Assembly (NCBI GenBank): GCA_963784995.1
Contig: CAWATZ010000006.1
Coordinates: 264,853-328,852 of the forward strand
DNA length: 64,000 nucleotides
Reading direction: 5' to 3'
From: an uncultured Planctomycetota bacterium
Lineage (GTDB): Bacteria > Planctomycetota > Planctomycetia > Gemmatales > Gemmataceae
In this document: one piece after another, positions 1 to 10,799 of the stretch
Numbering within the stretch: position 1 is the stretch's first letter
How the letters are laid out: each line of letters opens with the position of its first letter
Position numbers and translations under genes: made by a program
Notes under the pieces: model-generated
What the model was told of the DNA's origin: nothing
The model's input: the letters and a program-made list of their open reading frames with translations, nothing else
Database searches by the model: none

Positions 1-1494
1 ACGCTCAGCAGCAGCGGCCAGGCCAAGGTGCTGACCCTGATCGAAAAACTGGGAGCTGACGCCTTCGAGGTGCGCCAGACCGCCTCCAGGGCGTTGACCG
101 AGTTTGGCACGCTGGCCGTGCCGCTGCTGCGCGAGGCCACCCGCGGCACGGATGCGGAACGGGCCCGGCGGGCCGAAACGTGTCTGCAGGAGATTGCCGA
201 CAAGGGCAGCAAACCCTTGCCGGAACCTGTGTTGCGGCTGCTCAGCCTGCAGAAGCCGGCTGGTGCCGTGGAGGCCTTGCTGGACTATCTGCCCTTTGCC
301 GAAATCGAAGAGCGCAGCGCCGAGGTCCGCACCGCGCTGGCCTCCCTTGGGGTGCGTGCCGGCCGATTGGAGCCGGCCCTGGTGCGGGCGCTGGCAGATC
401 CAAAGCCGCTGCGCCGGCTGGCCGCGGCCGAGGCCATCCTGGCAGCGGGCGCCCTGGAGCAACGCGACAACGTGCGCAAGCTGCTGCGGGACAATGACCC
501 GCGCGTCCGGCTGCGCACCGCCCTGGCCCTGGCAATGAAGCGCGACCCCGAAGCGATCCCGGTCCTGATCGAGGCGGTGGCCGAAAAGCCCTCCCCCGAC
601 AACGGCGAAGCGGAGGAAATGCTGTACCGGCTGGCCGGCGACCGCGTTCCGAAGCTGGAGCTGGCTTCGGACGCTGCCGGCCGCCGCCAGCGCCGCGATG
701 CCTGGGCCGGCTGGTGGAAGGAGAACGCTTCCTCGGTCGATCTGGCCGTGCTCGAGGACCACACACGCCTGCTGGGGTACACGCTCCTGGTCGAGGGAAA
801 CAACCCCGGCAGGGTGATGGAACTGGGACGAGATGGGAAGCCACGCTGGGTCATTTCCGGTTTGCTCTTTCCCGTGGACGCCTACGTCCTTCCCGGCAAC
901 CGTGTGCTGATTGCCGAGTGCCAGGGCAAGCGTGTGACCGAACGCGATTTCAAGGGCAACATCCTGTGGCAAAAGGAGGGGCTGGGAAGCAAAACGTGCA
1001 ACGCCCAGCGGTTGAGCAATGGCAACACCTTCATCGCCACGGATAACGAATTGCTGGAAGTTGATCGCAGTGGCCGGACCCTCTGGAGTCGGCCTTTTCC
1101 GAACCTGCACGCGGCGTACAAATCTCCCGATGGCGTCATCACCTGTCTGGACGGTGCCGGCCAGTGCATCCGGCTCTCCTCCGACGGCAGGGAACTGAAG
1201 CGGTTTCCTTCGGGGCGCTCCCAGACCAACTGGCATTATTCCGGCATCGACGTGACGGCCAACGGCCGGATCTTGATCTCCCAGGTCGGCGTGGACAGAC
1301 TCTTGGAAGTGGATACCGAAGGCAAATCTCTCTGGCACGCTCCGGCGCCGGGAATCATCACGGCCACGCGCCTGCCCAACGGCCACGTGCTGGTTGGCAG
1401 CATCAATCAGCCGTTAACCGAACTGGACCAAGCGGGCAAGGTCGTCTGGGAATACAAGGCCGGGATGGTGGTCTGGCGGGCCCGGCGGCGCTGA
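1..1494 (+). CDS. HEAT-repeat + PQQ-like beta-propeller protein, paralog copy 1 (5' partial, continues upstream of window)
   Basis: Frame open from nt 1. C-terminal 488 aa collinear with the C-terminal 60% of copies at 1572, 4065 and 6613 (HEAT motifs ...DAERARRAETCLQEIADKG...; PQQ/BamB-like propeller ...NGNTFIA...DGRILIA...). Confidence 0.8.
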   Translation, partial: TLSSSGQAKVLTLIEKLGADAFEVRQTASRALTEFGTLAVPLLREATRGTDAERARRAETCLQEIADKGSKPLPEPVLRLLSLQKPAGAVEALLDYLPFAEIEERSAEVRTALASLGVRAGRLEPALVRALADPKPLRRLAAAEAILAAGALEQRDNVRKLLRDNDPRVRLRTALALAMKRDPEAIPVLIEAVAEKPSPDNGEAEEMLYRLAGDRVPKLELASDAAGRRQRRDAWAGWWKENASSVDLAVLEDHTRLLGYTLLVEGNNPGRVMELGRDGKPRWVISGLLFPVDAYVLPGNRVLIAECQGKRVTERDFKGNILWQKEGLGSKTCNAQRLSNGNTFIATDNELLEVDRSGRTLWSRPFPNLHAAYKSPDGVITCLDGAGQCIRLSSDGRELKRFPSGRSQTNWHYSGIDVTANGRILISQVGVDRLLEVDTEGKSLWHAPAPGIITATRLPNGHVLVGSINQPLTELDQAGKVVWEYKAGMVVWRARRR

Positions 1495-1571
1495 CCGGCC
1501 TGTCCCTTCCCCCTTGTGGGGGTTACGATGATCCCTGGGAACCCCGTCTCATCCAGGCCAGGAGAGCCTCC

Positions 1572-3987
1572 ATGCGCAGCGGATCGTGGTTGGTGTTCGC
1601 CCTCCTTCTTTCTCCTGGAGCTTCCGCGGCCCCGGTTGTCGCGGATCTCGACTCCGTCAGCCAGGACGAGCAGACGCTCCGCTCGGCCGGCCTGAGTGTC
1701 GATGGCCCGTCCCTGGTGGAGTTGTTCCGGCAACGGGCCCAGCTGGAAGCCGACCCGGAAGGGCTCAACACCTGGATCAGGCGTCTGAACGACGCGGACC
1801 CTGAAGTGCGTACTCGTGCCGCAAACCGGCTGCTGGGCCGAGGCACGGTCGCCTTGCCCCTGCTGCGTCGCGCGGCCAACGACCTGGGCGAGCCGGAACT
1901 GGCCGGCCGGGCCCAGCACTGCATCGACTTGATCGAAAGGCAATCTCCGCCGACCGTGACGCCGGTCGCCGCCGTTCGCCTGCTTTTGCATCGCAAACCG
2001 GCCGGTGCGGTGGAAGCGCTGCTGGCCTATCTGCCGGCGGCCGAGACTCCCGCCCTGGTGGAGGAAGTGGCCAGTGCCCTGACAGCACTGGCTTATGCTG
2101 ACGACAAACCGCACCCTGCCTTGCTGGCAGCGCTGACCGACAACCTGCCGCTGCGTCGCGCCGTGGCCGCAAGCGCCCTGGCCGGCAAGGAGCATCCCCA
2201 GGCCCGGCAGGCCGTCCACAAGCTGCTGCGTGATCCCAGGCCGCTGGTCCGACTCCGCGTTCGCCCTGGCCCTGACCGAGGCCAACGATCTGGACGGCGT
2301 GCCCGTGCTGATTGATCTGCTGGCTGAGGTGGCCCCCCAACAGCACAAGCCCATCGAGGACCTGCTGAGCCGGCTGGCTGGCGGCTGGACGCCCACCACG
2401 CCCCTGTGTGATGAGGAGGCGGCCCGCCGCATTCGCCGCAGTGCCTGGGCTGGCTGGTGGCAGAACAGCGACGGCCCCGCTCTGCTGGCCCAGGTGCGAC
2501 GCCACGTGCTCAGCGGCAAGGACCAGGCGAAGGCGCTGGCCCTGATCGAGAAGCTGGGGGATGACTCCTTCGAGGTGCGCCAGACCGCCTCCGCGGCGTT
2601 GACCGAGTTCGGCGCCCTGGCCGTGCCGCTGCTGCGTCAGGCCAGCCGCAGCACCGATGCGGAACGGGCCCGGCGGGCCGAGACGTGTTTGCAGGAGATT
2701 GCCGACAAGGGCGGCAAACCGTTGCCGGAACCGGTCTTCCGGCTGCTGAGCCTGCGCAAGCCGGCCGGTGCCGCGGAGGCGTTGCTGGACTATCTGCCTC
2801 ATGCCGAGATCGAACAGCGCAGCGTCGAGGTGCGGCAGGCGCTGGCGGCCCTGGCGGTGCGCGAGGGTCGGCTTGAGCCAGCCCTGGTGCGGGCGCTGGC
2901 AGATCCATTGCCCTTGCGGCGACTGGCCGCTGCCGAGGCCATCCTGGCAGCAGGTGCCCTGGAGCAACGGGACGCCGTGCGCAAGCTGCTGCGGGACGCT
3001 GATCCGCTGGTGCGGCTGCGAACCGCCGTGGCCCTGGCCGTCAAGCGTGATCGGGAAGCAATCCCGGTGCTGATCGAGTCGCTGGCCGAGGAACCTTCCG
3101 ACGCCAGCGCCGAAGCGGAGGGACTGCTGTACCGTCTGGCTGGCCAAGGCGGGCCGAAACTCGAGCAGGCTGAGGGCGCGGCTGGTCGTCGCCAGCGCCG
3201 TGACGCCTGGGCTGCCTGGTGGAAGGAGGCCGGTTCGTTGGTCGATCTGGCCGTTCTGGAGAACCACACGCGCCTGCTGGGGTTCACGCTCCTGGCAATG
3301 GGGGTAAAGGATGGTCAGGTGCTGGAACTGGGCCGGGATGGCAAGCCACGCTGGATCATTACCGGGCTGGCAGCTCCGGTAGACGCCCACGTCCTGCCCG
3401 GAGACCGCGTTCTGATTGCGGAGTACGAGGGGAGCCGTGTGACCGAACGCGATTTCAAGGGCAACATCCTCTGGCAAAAGGATGGGTTGGCAGCCAGTCC
3501 GGTCAACGTGCAGCGTCTGGCCAACGGCAATACCTTTATCGCCACGGAGAACGAGTTGCTTGAGGTCGATCGCGCCGGCAAGACCGTCTGGAGTCAGGCT
3601 TTTCCGAACCTCGATGCGGCGTGCAAATCTCGGGATGGCAGCATCACCTGCCTGGCGTACGACCAATGCATTCGCCTCAGTTCCGCCGGGAAGGAACTGA
3701 AGCGTTTTCCATTCGGCGGCAGGCCGACGTACAAGAGCGCAATCGACGTGTCGGCCGACGGCCGGATCTTGATTGCACTGCACAACCAGGTATCGGAAGT
3801 GGACGGCGAAGGCAAGGTCCTCTGGCAGGCCTCGGCACTGGGAATCGCCACGGCCACGCACTTGCCCAACGGCCACGTGCTCGTTGCCGGCGGCTTCCGG
3901 GAGGTAATCATGGAACTGGATCGGGCGGGCAAGGTCGTCTGGGAACACAAGGCGGGGATGCGGGTCTGGCGGGCCCGGCGGCGCTGA
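1572..3987 (+). CDS. HEAT-repeat + PQQ-like beta-propeller protein, paralog copy 2; +1 frameshift near 2260 (extra C in LVRLRV|ALAL region) relative to copies 3 and 4
   Basis: ATG at 1572 preceded by AGGAG. N-terminal signal peptide MRSGSWLVFALLL. Two ORF-track pieces (1164..2315 and 2230..3987) join collinearly against copy 3. Confidence 0.7.
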
Positions 3988-4064
3988 CCGGCCTGTCCGT
4001 TCCCCCTTGTGGGGGTTACGATAATCCCTGGAAACGCCGTCTCATCCAGTCCAGGAGAGCCTCC

Positions 4065-6536
4065 ATGCGCAGCGGATCGTGGCTGGTGTTCACCCTCATT
4101 CTTGTCTGCGTGACCTCCCTGGCGCTCGGCCGCCAGCCTGGCAATTCTCCCCGAGGCCCAACTGCTGGGGGAGCTTCGGCATCCGCCCCAGCTGCCAGGA
4201 AGCCTCCCACGGTCAGCGAGGACGAAGAGGAACTCCGGTTGGTAGGCCTGCAAGTCGATGGTCCGTCCCTGGTGGAGTTCTTTCGGCAACGGGCCGCGGT
4301 CCCCGCCGACCCCAAAGGGCTCCAGCCCTGGATCAGGCGTCTGAACGATGTGGACCCCGAAGTGCGGACTCGTGCCGCACACCGGCTGCTGGGCCGAGGC
4401 ACGGTCGCCTTGCCCCTGCTGCGTCGCGTCGCCAATGACCTGGGCGACCCTGAACTCGCTGACCGAGCCCAGCACTGCATCGACTTGATCGAAAGGCGCT
4501 CTCCGACGAACGTGACGCCGGTCGCCGCCGTTCGCTTGCTTCTGCATCGCAAACCGGCCGGGGCCGTGGAAGCGCTGCTGGCCTATCTACCGACGGCTGA
4601 GTCTCCCGCCCTGGTGGAGGAAGTGAGCCGTGCCTTGACGGCAATGGCTTATGCCAACGAAAAGCCGCACGCCGCCTTGCTGGCCGCGCTCACCGACAAT
4701 ATGCCGCTGCGTCGCGCCGTGGCCGCAAGCGCCCTGGCCGGAAAGGACCATCCCGAAGCACGGCCAGCCGTCCGCAAGCTGCTGCGCGATTCCAAACCGT
4801 TGGTCCGTCTCCGCGTCGCTCTGGCGTTAGCCTCGGCCAACGACCTCGACGGTGTCCCCGTTCTGATTGAGCTGCTGGCCGAGGTCGTGCCACCGCGGGA
4901 CAAGCCCATCGAGGAACTGCTGGGCCGGCTGGCGGGCGACTGGGCACCGACCACGCCTCAGGGTGACGATGCGGTCGCACGCCGCATTCGCCGCGCCGCC
5001 TGGGCCAGCTGGTGGCGGAACAGCGATAGCCCCGCCCTGCTGGCCCAGATGCGTCGCCATACGCTCAGCAGCAGCGACCAGGCCAAGGTGCTGGCGCTGA
5101 TCGACAAACTGGGCGATGACTCCTTCGAGGTGCGGCAGACCGCCTCGGGAGCGTTGACCGAGTTCGGAACCCTGGCGATACCGCTGCTGCGCCAGGCCAC
5201 GCGCAGCACCGATGCGGAACGGGCGCGGCGGGCCGAGACGTGTTTGCAGGACATTGCCGACAGGGGCGGCAAACCCTTGCCGGAGCCAGTCTTGCGGCTG
5301 CTGAGCCTGCGTCAGCCAGCAGGGGCCGTGGAAGCCTTGCTGGACTATCTGCCCCATGCCGAAATCGAACACCACCGCGTCGAGGTCCGCAAGGCGCTGG
5401 CAGCCCTGGCGGTGCGTGCCGGCCGACTGGAGCCAGCCCTGGTGCGGGCGCTGGCAGATCCATTGCCGGGCCGCCGACTGGCCGCTGCCGAGGCCATCCT
5501 GGCAGCGGGCACCCTGGAGCAACGCGCTGCCGTGCGCAAGCTGCTGCGTGACACTGATCCGTCGGTGCGACTGCGGATCGCCGCGGCCTTGGCCGGCAAG
5601 CGCGAGCGCGAAGCGATCCCGGTGCTGATCGAGTTGGTGGCTGAAGAGTCCTCCGACGCCAGCGGCGAAGCGGAGGAAATCCTGTATCGCCTGGCCGGCG
5701 AAGGTGGACCAAAGGTCGAGCCAGACAGGAGTACGGCTGGCCGGCGCCAGCGCCGCGACGCCTGGGCCGCCTGGTGGAAGCAGGTCGCTCCCTCGGTCAA
5801 TCTGGGCGTTCTGGAGAACCACGTGCCCTTGCTCGGGTATACCCTGCTGGTGAATAACAAACAGGTGCTGGAACTGGACCAGGACGGCAAGCCGCGCTGG
5901 ATCATTAACAACCTTCCTACCCCGCTGGATGCCCACGTCCTTCCCGGCGACCGCGTGCTGATCGCGGAGTTCTACAGCAAGCGTGTGACCGAGCGCGATT
6001 TCCAGGGTGCCATCCTGTGGCAAAAAGAAGGGCTGGAAGACCATCCGGTCAACGTTCAGCGTCTGGCCAACGGCAATACCTTTATCGCAACTGTTAATGG
6101 ATTGCTCGAAGTCGATCGTGCCGGCAAGACCGTCTGGAGCAAGCCGTTTCCAAACCTCACCGCGGCGTGCAAATCTCGGGATGGCAGCATCACCTGCCTG
6201 GACGGCGACGGCCAGTGCATTCGCCTCAGTTCTGTCGGCAAGGAACTGAAGCGGTTTCCTTCCGGCGGCAGGCCGACGTACAAGAGCGCAATCGACGTGT
6301 CGGCCGATGGCCGGATCTTGATTGCGCTGCACAACCAGGTATCGGAATTGGACGCCGAGGGCAAAGTCCTCTGGCAAGCCCCGGCACCGGGAATCACCAC
6401 GGCCACGCACTTGCCCAACGGCCACGTGCTCGTTGCCGGCGGCTTCCGGGGGGTAATCATGGAGCTGGATCGGTCGAGCAAGGTTGTCTGGGAATCCAAG
6501 CCCGGGCAGGGGGGCATCCGAGCGCGGCGGCGCTGA
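4065..6536 (+). CDS. HEAT-repeat + PQQ-like beta-propeller protein, paralog copy 3 (intact, 823 aa, signal peptide)
   Basis: ATG 4065 after caggagagcctcc. Uninterrupted frame. HEAT (PBS-lyase-like) repeats followed by a PQQ-like propeller. Confidence 0.85.
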   Translation: MRSGSWLVFTLILVCVTSLALGRQPGNSPRGPTAGGASASAPAARKPPTVSEDEEELRLVGLQVDGPSLVEFFRQRAAVPADPKGLQPWIRRLNDVDPEVRTRAAHRLLGRGTVALPLLRRVANDLGDPELADRAQHCIDLIERRSPTNVTPVAAVRLLLHRKPAGAVEALLAYLPTAESPALVEEVSRALTAMAYANEKPHAALLAALTDNMPLRRAVAASALAGKDHPEARPAVRKLLRDSKPLVRLRVALALASANDLDGVPVLIELLAEVVPPRDKPIEELLGRLAGDWAPTTPQGDDAVARRIRRAAWASWWRNSDSPALLAQMRRHTLSSSDQAKVLALIDKLGDDSFEVRQTASGALTEFGTLAIPLLRQATRSTDAERARRAETCLQDIADRGGKPLPEPVLRLLSLRQPAGAVEALLDYLPHAEIEHHRVEVRKALAALAVRAGRLEPALVRALADPLPGRRLAAAEAILAAGTLEQRAAVRKLLRDTDPSVRLRIAAALAGKREREAIPVLIELVAEESSDASGEAEEILYRLAGEGGPKVEPDRSTAGRRQRRDAWAAWWKQVAPSVNLGVLENHVPLLGYTLLVNNKQVLELDQDGKPRWIINNLPTPLDAHVLPGDRVLIAEFYSKRVTERDFQGAILWQKEGLEDHPVNVQRLANGNTFIATVNGLLEVDRAGKTVWSKPFPNLTAACKSRDGSITCLDGDGQCIRLSSVGKELKRFPSGGRPTYKSAIDVSADGRILIALHNQVSELDAEGKVLWQAPAPGITTATHLPNGHVLVAGGFRGVIMELDRSSKVVWESKPGQGGIRARRR

Positions 6537-6612
6537 CCGACTTGTCCATTCCGCCGGGCAGGGTTACGATCATCCTTTAGGACCACTCACATCCAGGCCA
6601 GGAGTGCCTCCC

Positions 6613-9087
6613 ATGCGCAGCGTATCGTGGCTGGTGTTCGCCCTCGTTCTTTTCTGTGTGGCTTCCGCAGGGCAGGGCCATTCTCCCAGAGCCTCAGCTG
6701 ACCCGGTGGGGTCTTCGTCAGCCGACCCGGTTGCCGGGGACCTCAGCTCCGTCCGCGAGGACGAAGAGAAACTCCGCTCGGCGGGCCTGCCTGTCGATGG
6801 TCCGGCCCTGGTGGAGTTGTTCCGACAACGGGCCGCGGTGGCGACCGATCCGGAAGGGCTCCAGCCCTGGATCAGGCGTCTGAACGACGCGGACCCGGAA
6901 GTCCGCGTTCGTGCGGCCCGCCGGCTGGTGGGCAAAGGCACGACGGCCGTGCCTTTGCTGCGTCGGGCGGCCAACGATCTGGGCGAGCCCGACCTGGCCA
7001 GCCGGGCCCGGCACTGCCTCGCATTGATCGAAAGGCAATCTCCGCCGACCGTGACGCCGGCCGCGGCCGTTCGCCTGCTGGCCCATCGCAAACCCGCCGG
7101 GGCGGTGGAAGCCCTGCTCGCCTACCTGCCGGCTGCGGAGACTCCCGCCCTGGTGGAGGAAGTGGCCAGTGCCCTGACCGCCCTGGCTTATCCGGGCGAC
7201 AAACCGCACGCTGCCTTGCTCGCGGCCCTCACCGACAACCTGCCGCTGCGTCGTGCCGTGGCCGGCTGCGCCCTGGCCGGCAAGGACCACCCCGAAGCAC
7301 GGCTGGCCGTCCGCAAGCTGCTGCGTGATCCCAAAGCGCCGGTCCGTCTCCGCGTTGCCCTGTCCCTGACCGAAGCCAACGATCTGGAAGGGGTGCCCGT
7401 CCTGATCGATCTGCTTGCCGAGGTGGTGCCCCCGCGGGACAGGCCCATCGAGGAGCTGCTCCAGCGGCTGGCGGGCGCCTGGACGCCGGCCACGCTGCCG
7501 AGTGACGATGCGGTCGCACGCCGCATTCGCCGCGACAGCTGGGCCAGTTGGTGGCAGAACAGCGATGGTCCCGCCCTGCTGGGCCAGCTGCGCCGGCACG
7601 TACTCAGCGGCAAGGACCAGGCCCGGGTGCAGGCCCTGATTGTCAAGTTGGGCGACGACACTTTTGAGGTGCGCCAGACGGCCTCCGGGGCGTTGACCGA
7701 GTTCGGAGCATTGGCCGTGCCGCTGCTGCGGGAGGCCACGCGCAGCACCGATGCGGAACGGGCGCGGCGGGCCGAAACGTGTCTGCAGGAGATTGCCGAC
7801 AAGGGCGGCAAACCGTTGCCGGAACCTGTCTTGCGGCTGCTGAGCCTGCGCAAGCCGGCCGGTGCCGTGGAGGCCTTGCTGGATTATTTGCCCCATGCCG
7901 AGGTCGAGGAGCGCAGCGACGAGGTGCGGAAGACGCTGGCCGCCCTGGCCATGCGTGAGGGCCGGTCAGAGCCGGCCCTGGTGCGGGCGCTGGAAGATCC
8001 CCAGCCGTTGCGGCGGCTGGCCGCTGCCGAGGCCATCGCGGCCGAAGGCGCCCTGGAGCAACGCGCCGCCGTGCGCAAGCTGCTGCGTGACAGTGATCCG
8101 CGCGTCCGGCTGCGCACGGCCCTGGCCCTGGCGATGAAGCGCGACCCCGAAGCGATCCCGGTCCTGATCGAGTCGGTGGCCGAGAAGCCAGCCGACGACA
8201 ACGCCGCGGCGGAGGAAATGCTGTACCGGCTGGCCGGCGACCACGTTCCGAAGCTCGAACCGGCTTCGGACGCTGCCGGCCGCCGCCAGCGCCGCGACGC
8301 CTGGGCGGCCTGGTGGAAAGAGGCCGCGGGCTCGGTCGATCTGGCCGTCCTGGAGGACCAGCCAGCCCAGCTGGGGTACACCCTGGTGGTGCTGGGGCGC
8401 GACAACGTCGTGCTGGAGCTGGGGCGCGACAACAAGCCGCGCTGGACCATCAGGGGGCTGGCGGAACCGGTGGATGCCGTCGTTCTGCCGGGCAACCGCG
8501 TGCTGATTGCCGAGCACTCCGGCGATCGGGTCACCGAACGCGATTTCCAGGGGAACGTCCTGTGGCAAAAAGATGGGCTAGGTGGTGGTCCGTTCAACGC
8601 CCAGCGGTTGGCCAACGGCAACACCTTCATCGCCGCGGAGAACGGCTTGTTCGAGGTCGATCGCAGTGGCCAGACGGTCTGGCGCCGGCCGTTTCCGAAC
8701 CTCAAGGCCGCGTACAGATCTCGGGATGGGAGCATCGCCTGCCTGGACGCCGCCGGGCAGTGCGTGCTGCTCTCCGCGGCCGGCAAGGAACTGAAACGGT
8801 TTGCCACGGGATTTGTGCCGTCGTCTCCCGGCGGCATCGAGGTGACCGCCAACGGCCGGATCCTGATCGCCCAGCAGAGCAGGAACAGGGTGATCGAAGT
8901 GGACACGGACGGGAAAATCCTCTGGCAAGCGGCGGCGCCGGGAATCTCCCGGGCCACGCGCCTGCCCAGCGGGCACACCCTGGTCGCCAGCCTGGACGGG
9001 GAACGCCTGACCGAACTGGACCCGGCAGGCAAGGTCATCTGGGAGTACAAGCCCGGCAAGGCAGTCTCGAGAGCACGGCGGCGCTGA
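6613..9087 (+). CDS. HEAT-repeat + PQQ-like beta-propeller protein, paralog copy 4 (intact, 824 aa, signal peptide)
   Basis: ATG 6613 (MRSVSWLVFALVLF) after aggagtgcctcc. Collinear with copy 3. Confidence 0.85.
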   Translation: MRSVSWLVFALVLFCVASAGQGHSPRASADPVGSSSADPVAGDLSSVREDEEKLRSAGLPVDGPALVELFRQRAAVATDPEGLQPWIRRLNDADPEVRVRAARRLVGKGTTAVPLLRRAANDLGEPDLASRARHCLALIERQSPPTVTPAAAVRLLAHRKPAGAVEALLAYLPAAETPALVEEVASALTALAYPGDKPHAALLAALTDNLPLRRAVAGCALAGKDHPEARLAVRKLLRDPKAPVRLRVALSLTEANDLEGVPVLIDLLAEVVPPRDRPIEELLQRLAGAWTPATLPSDDAVARRIRRDSWASWWQNSDGPALLGQLRRHVLSGKDQARVQALIVKLGDDTFEVRQTASGALTEFGALAVPLLREATRSTDAERARRAETCLQEIADKGGKPLPEPVLRLLSLRKPAGAVEALLDYLPHAEVEERSDEVRKTLAALAMREGRSEPALVRALEDPQPLRRLAAAEAIAAEGALEQRAAVRKLLRDSDPRVRLRTALALAMKRDPEAIPVLIESVAEKPADDNAAAEEMLYRLAGDHVPKLEPASDAAGRRQRRDAWAAWWKEAAGSVDLAVLEDQPAQLGYTLVVLGRDNVVLELGRDNKPRWTIRGLAEPVDAVVLPGNRVLIAEHSGDRVTERDFQGNVLWQKDGLGGGPFNAQRLANGNTFIAAENGLFEVDRSGQTVWRRPFPNLKAAYRSRDGSIACLDAAGQCVLLSAAGKELKRFATGFVPSSPGGIEVTANGRILIAQQSRNRVIEVDTDGKILWQAAAPGISRATRLPSGHTLVASLDGERLTELDPAGKVIWEYKPGKAVSRARRR

Positions 9088-9088
9088 A

Positions 9089-9176
9089 GTCCCCGGGTTG
9101 CGCTGCGCTCCACCCGGGGCTTTAGTCCCGAAAGCAGGAGTAAAGCCCCGGGTGGAGCGCAGCGCAACCCGGGGAC
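9089..9176. repeat. Perfect 36-bp-arm inverted repeat (16-nt loop) immediately after the stop of HEAT/PQQ copy 4; putative terminator / member of the CGCTGCGCTC palindrome family
   Basis: gtccccgggttgcgctgcgctccacccggggcttta (9089-9124) is the exact reverse complement of 9141-9176. Confidence 0.7.
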
Positions 9177-9686
9177 TCGAAGACCCTCACCGGATCACCT
9201 TGGGCTCAACCCAGCACGGGAACCCCTGCCACTCGATTTCCGCTACCCCTGCGAACCGCCTTGTCTCCGCGAGCATCGCCGCAGCGGCGAACACCTCGCG
9301 CAGGCGTTCTAAAGAGGAGGCATCCGACGCGGTAAGGATTGCTGGAGGCCCCTCCCTCGATTCGCTTCTCGTCATGGCATGCTCGTCTTGCTGTGACCGA
9401 ACACCCCCGTTCAGCCGCCGGGGCCGCCGGGAGGGGACTGAACGTCTCGGGAAGCCCCGGTTGGCTGCAACGTCTCGTTCAGCGGCGCCAGGCTTTCATT
9501 TGGGGAATTGTATCGCCAGGATCGCCGGCCCGGCAAGCACAGGCGCCGGCTCACTCTGGCAAATGCTGTTCGCAGACGATGATCTATACTTGAGTGCTCT
9601 GGCTGCGACGACCGGCCGCGAGTGAAATCGCGCCCTGGCGGAGGGCGCGGCCCAGTTCACGCGCGGGTTCGAGCTGTGGAGGCGCA

Positions 9687-10799
9687 ATGAACATCCTGCT
9701 TGTCATCCTCGTTTCCTGGTTTGCTGTCGGCGCCGGGCTCGCCAAATTCGGCTTGTGGTGTATGAAAACGCATGAAAAGGAGATGATTGAAAAGGATCCT
9801 CTATGCCAGATATTGGGCTGTATTCCGCCCCCGATCAAATGGAGCGTTGTTGCAGTGCTGGTGCTGTTCGGCCCCCTGGTGTTGCTGTGGGCTGTTTACG
9901 ATGCGATCCAGGAAAGCCGCAAGGAAAAGGATGAAACCGACGCTCCAGGTGCAACCCCGGTTGCTGCACCGGCGCCTGAGATTGACCCGCGTGTCGGGTG
10001 CATGGTGCTGTACGGCCTGTTTGGCGCCGCCTTGATCGCCTGGGTCTGGGCAAACGAGCATCCTGGGAAGTCCTTTAGCACGTTCCTGGAGAAACAAGCC
10101 CGCACGATGGGATTCTGGCTCGTCGCCTTCGTCTTGCCCGGCCTCGTGGTAAACTGGAGGAAGCCTTTGCGGAGCCTGCAATTTCCGGCGTTGCTCTTGC
10201 CACTCTACCTGGTGGGAGTGGTGGTCCCTGAGGTCGTGGCGATGACGGTGGGGTGGGAGGGTGGCTGGGCCCTCGGCATCGCCGGCGCGCTCGCAGGGGG
10301 ATTGGCGGGGGCGGCGACGGGCAGGCTCAACCCGTGGATAATGGGGGAGTCCGAAAGAGAGTATCCGAGTACACGTCAGAGGGCGGTCTTGCTGCCGATC
10401 ATGGTCGCCGTGTTGTTCGCCGTCTACGGCGCCCACAACTGGGCAAGCACGTGGCTGACGCCGGACTACGTCTGGACCCTGGGGATGTTCCCGCTCCTCT
10501 TCGCCTTCCTGGGCGGCCTGGTAGGCAGGCCTGTGCTGGGTATGCTCACGGCGTTGCCCCTGGCGCTCGTGCAACTGGTCCCGCTCGTCGCCTTGCTGAC
10601 GGTGGGCTGGGACGGCGGCTGGATCCTCGGCGTCGCCGGCGCGGCCGCGGGGGCCGTGGCGGGGGCGGTGAACGGCTTCTTGTATGACCGATGGATCATG
10701 CCGGAGTACGACAAGCGTCGTACGGGCAAGAGCGCGATCCCGCCGCCGGGCTCGACCGAGGGGCCGGGATCGAGCGGGTCGCTAGCCGAGCGCTCCTGA
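9687..10799 (+). CDS. Hypothetical polytopic membrane protein with internal duplication and glycine-zipper motifs (TVGWEGGWALGIAGALAGG / TVGWDGGWILGVAGAAAGA)
   Basis: ATG 9687 (MNILLVILVSWF). Multiple hydrophobic segments. Two repeated GxxxG-rich modules. Confidence 0.55.
   Translation: MNILLVILVSWFAVGAGLAKFGLWCMKTHEKEMIEKDPLCQILGCIPPPIKWSVVAVLVLFGPLVLLWAVYDAIQESRKEKDETDAPGATPVAAPAPEIDPRVGCMVLYGLFGAALIAWVWANEHPGKSFSTFLEKQARTMGFWLVAFVLPGLVVNWRKPLRSLQFPALLLPLYLVGVVVPEVVAMTVGWEGGWALGIAGALAGGLAGAATGRLNPWIMGESEREYPSTRQRAVLLPIMVAVLFAVYGAHNWASTWLTPDYVWTLGMFPLLFAFLGGLVGRPVLGMLTALPLALVQLVPLVALLTVGWDGGWILGVAGAAAGAVAGAVNGFLYDRWIMPEYDKRRTGKSAIPPPGSTEGPGSSGSLAERS

Noticed and set aside
1777-3948. Long antisense ORFs (this one and e.g. 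4827..6425-, 6718..7896-, 27896..29314-, 31053..33851-, 38284..41073-, 42095..44644-, 47101..49380-, 49797..52001-) opposite well-supported genes
   Set aside because: Low-complexity R/G/P/A-rich translations with no domain signatures. They mirror real genes on the other strand and are a typical stop-codon-poor artefact of ~67% GC DNA.
2230-3987. Separate gene starting at M 2230 (track ORF)
   Set aside because: It is the continuation of copy 2 after a 1-nt frameshift, and the M is internal.
9187-9375. 62-aa minus-strand ORF after the big hairpin
   Set aside because: No homology and no upstream signals. Possibly a remnant, left uncalled.
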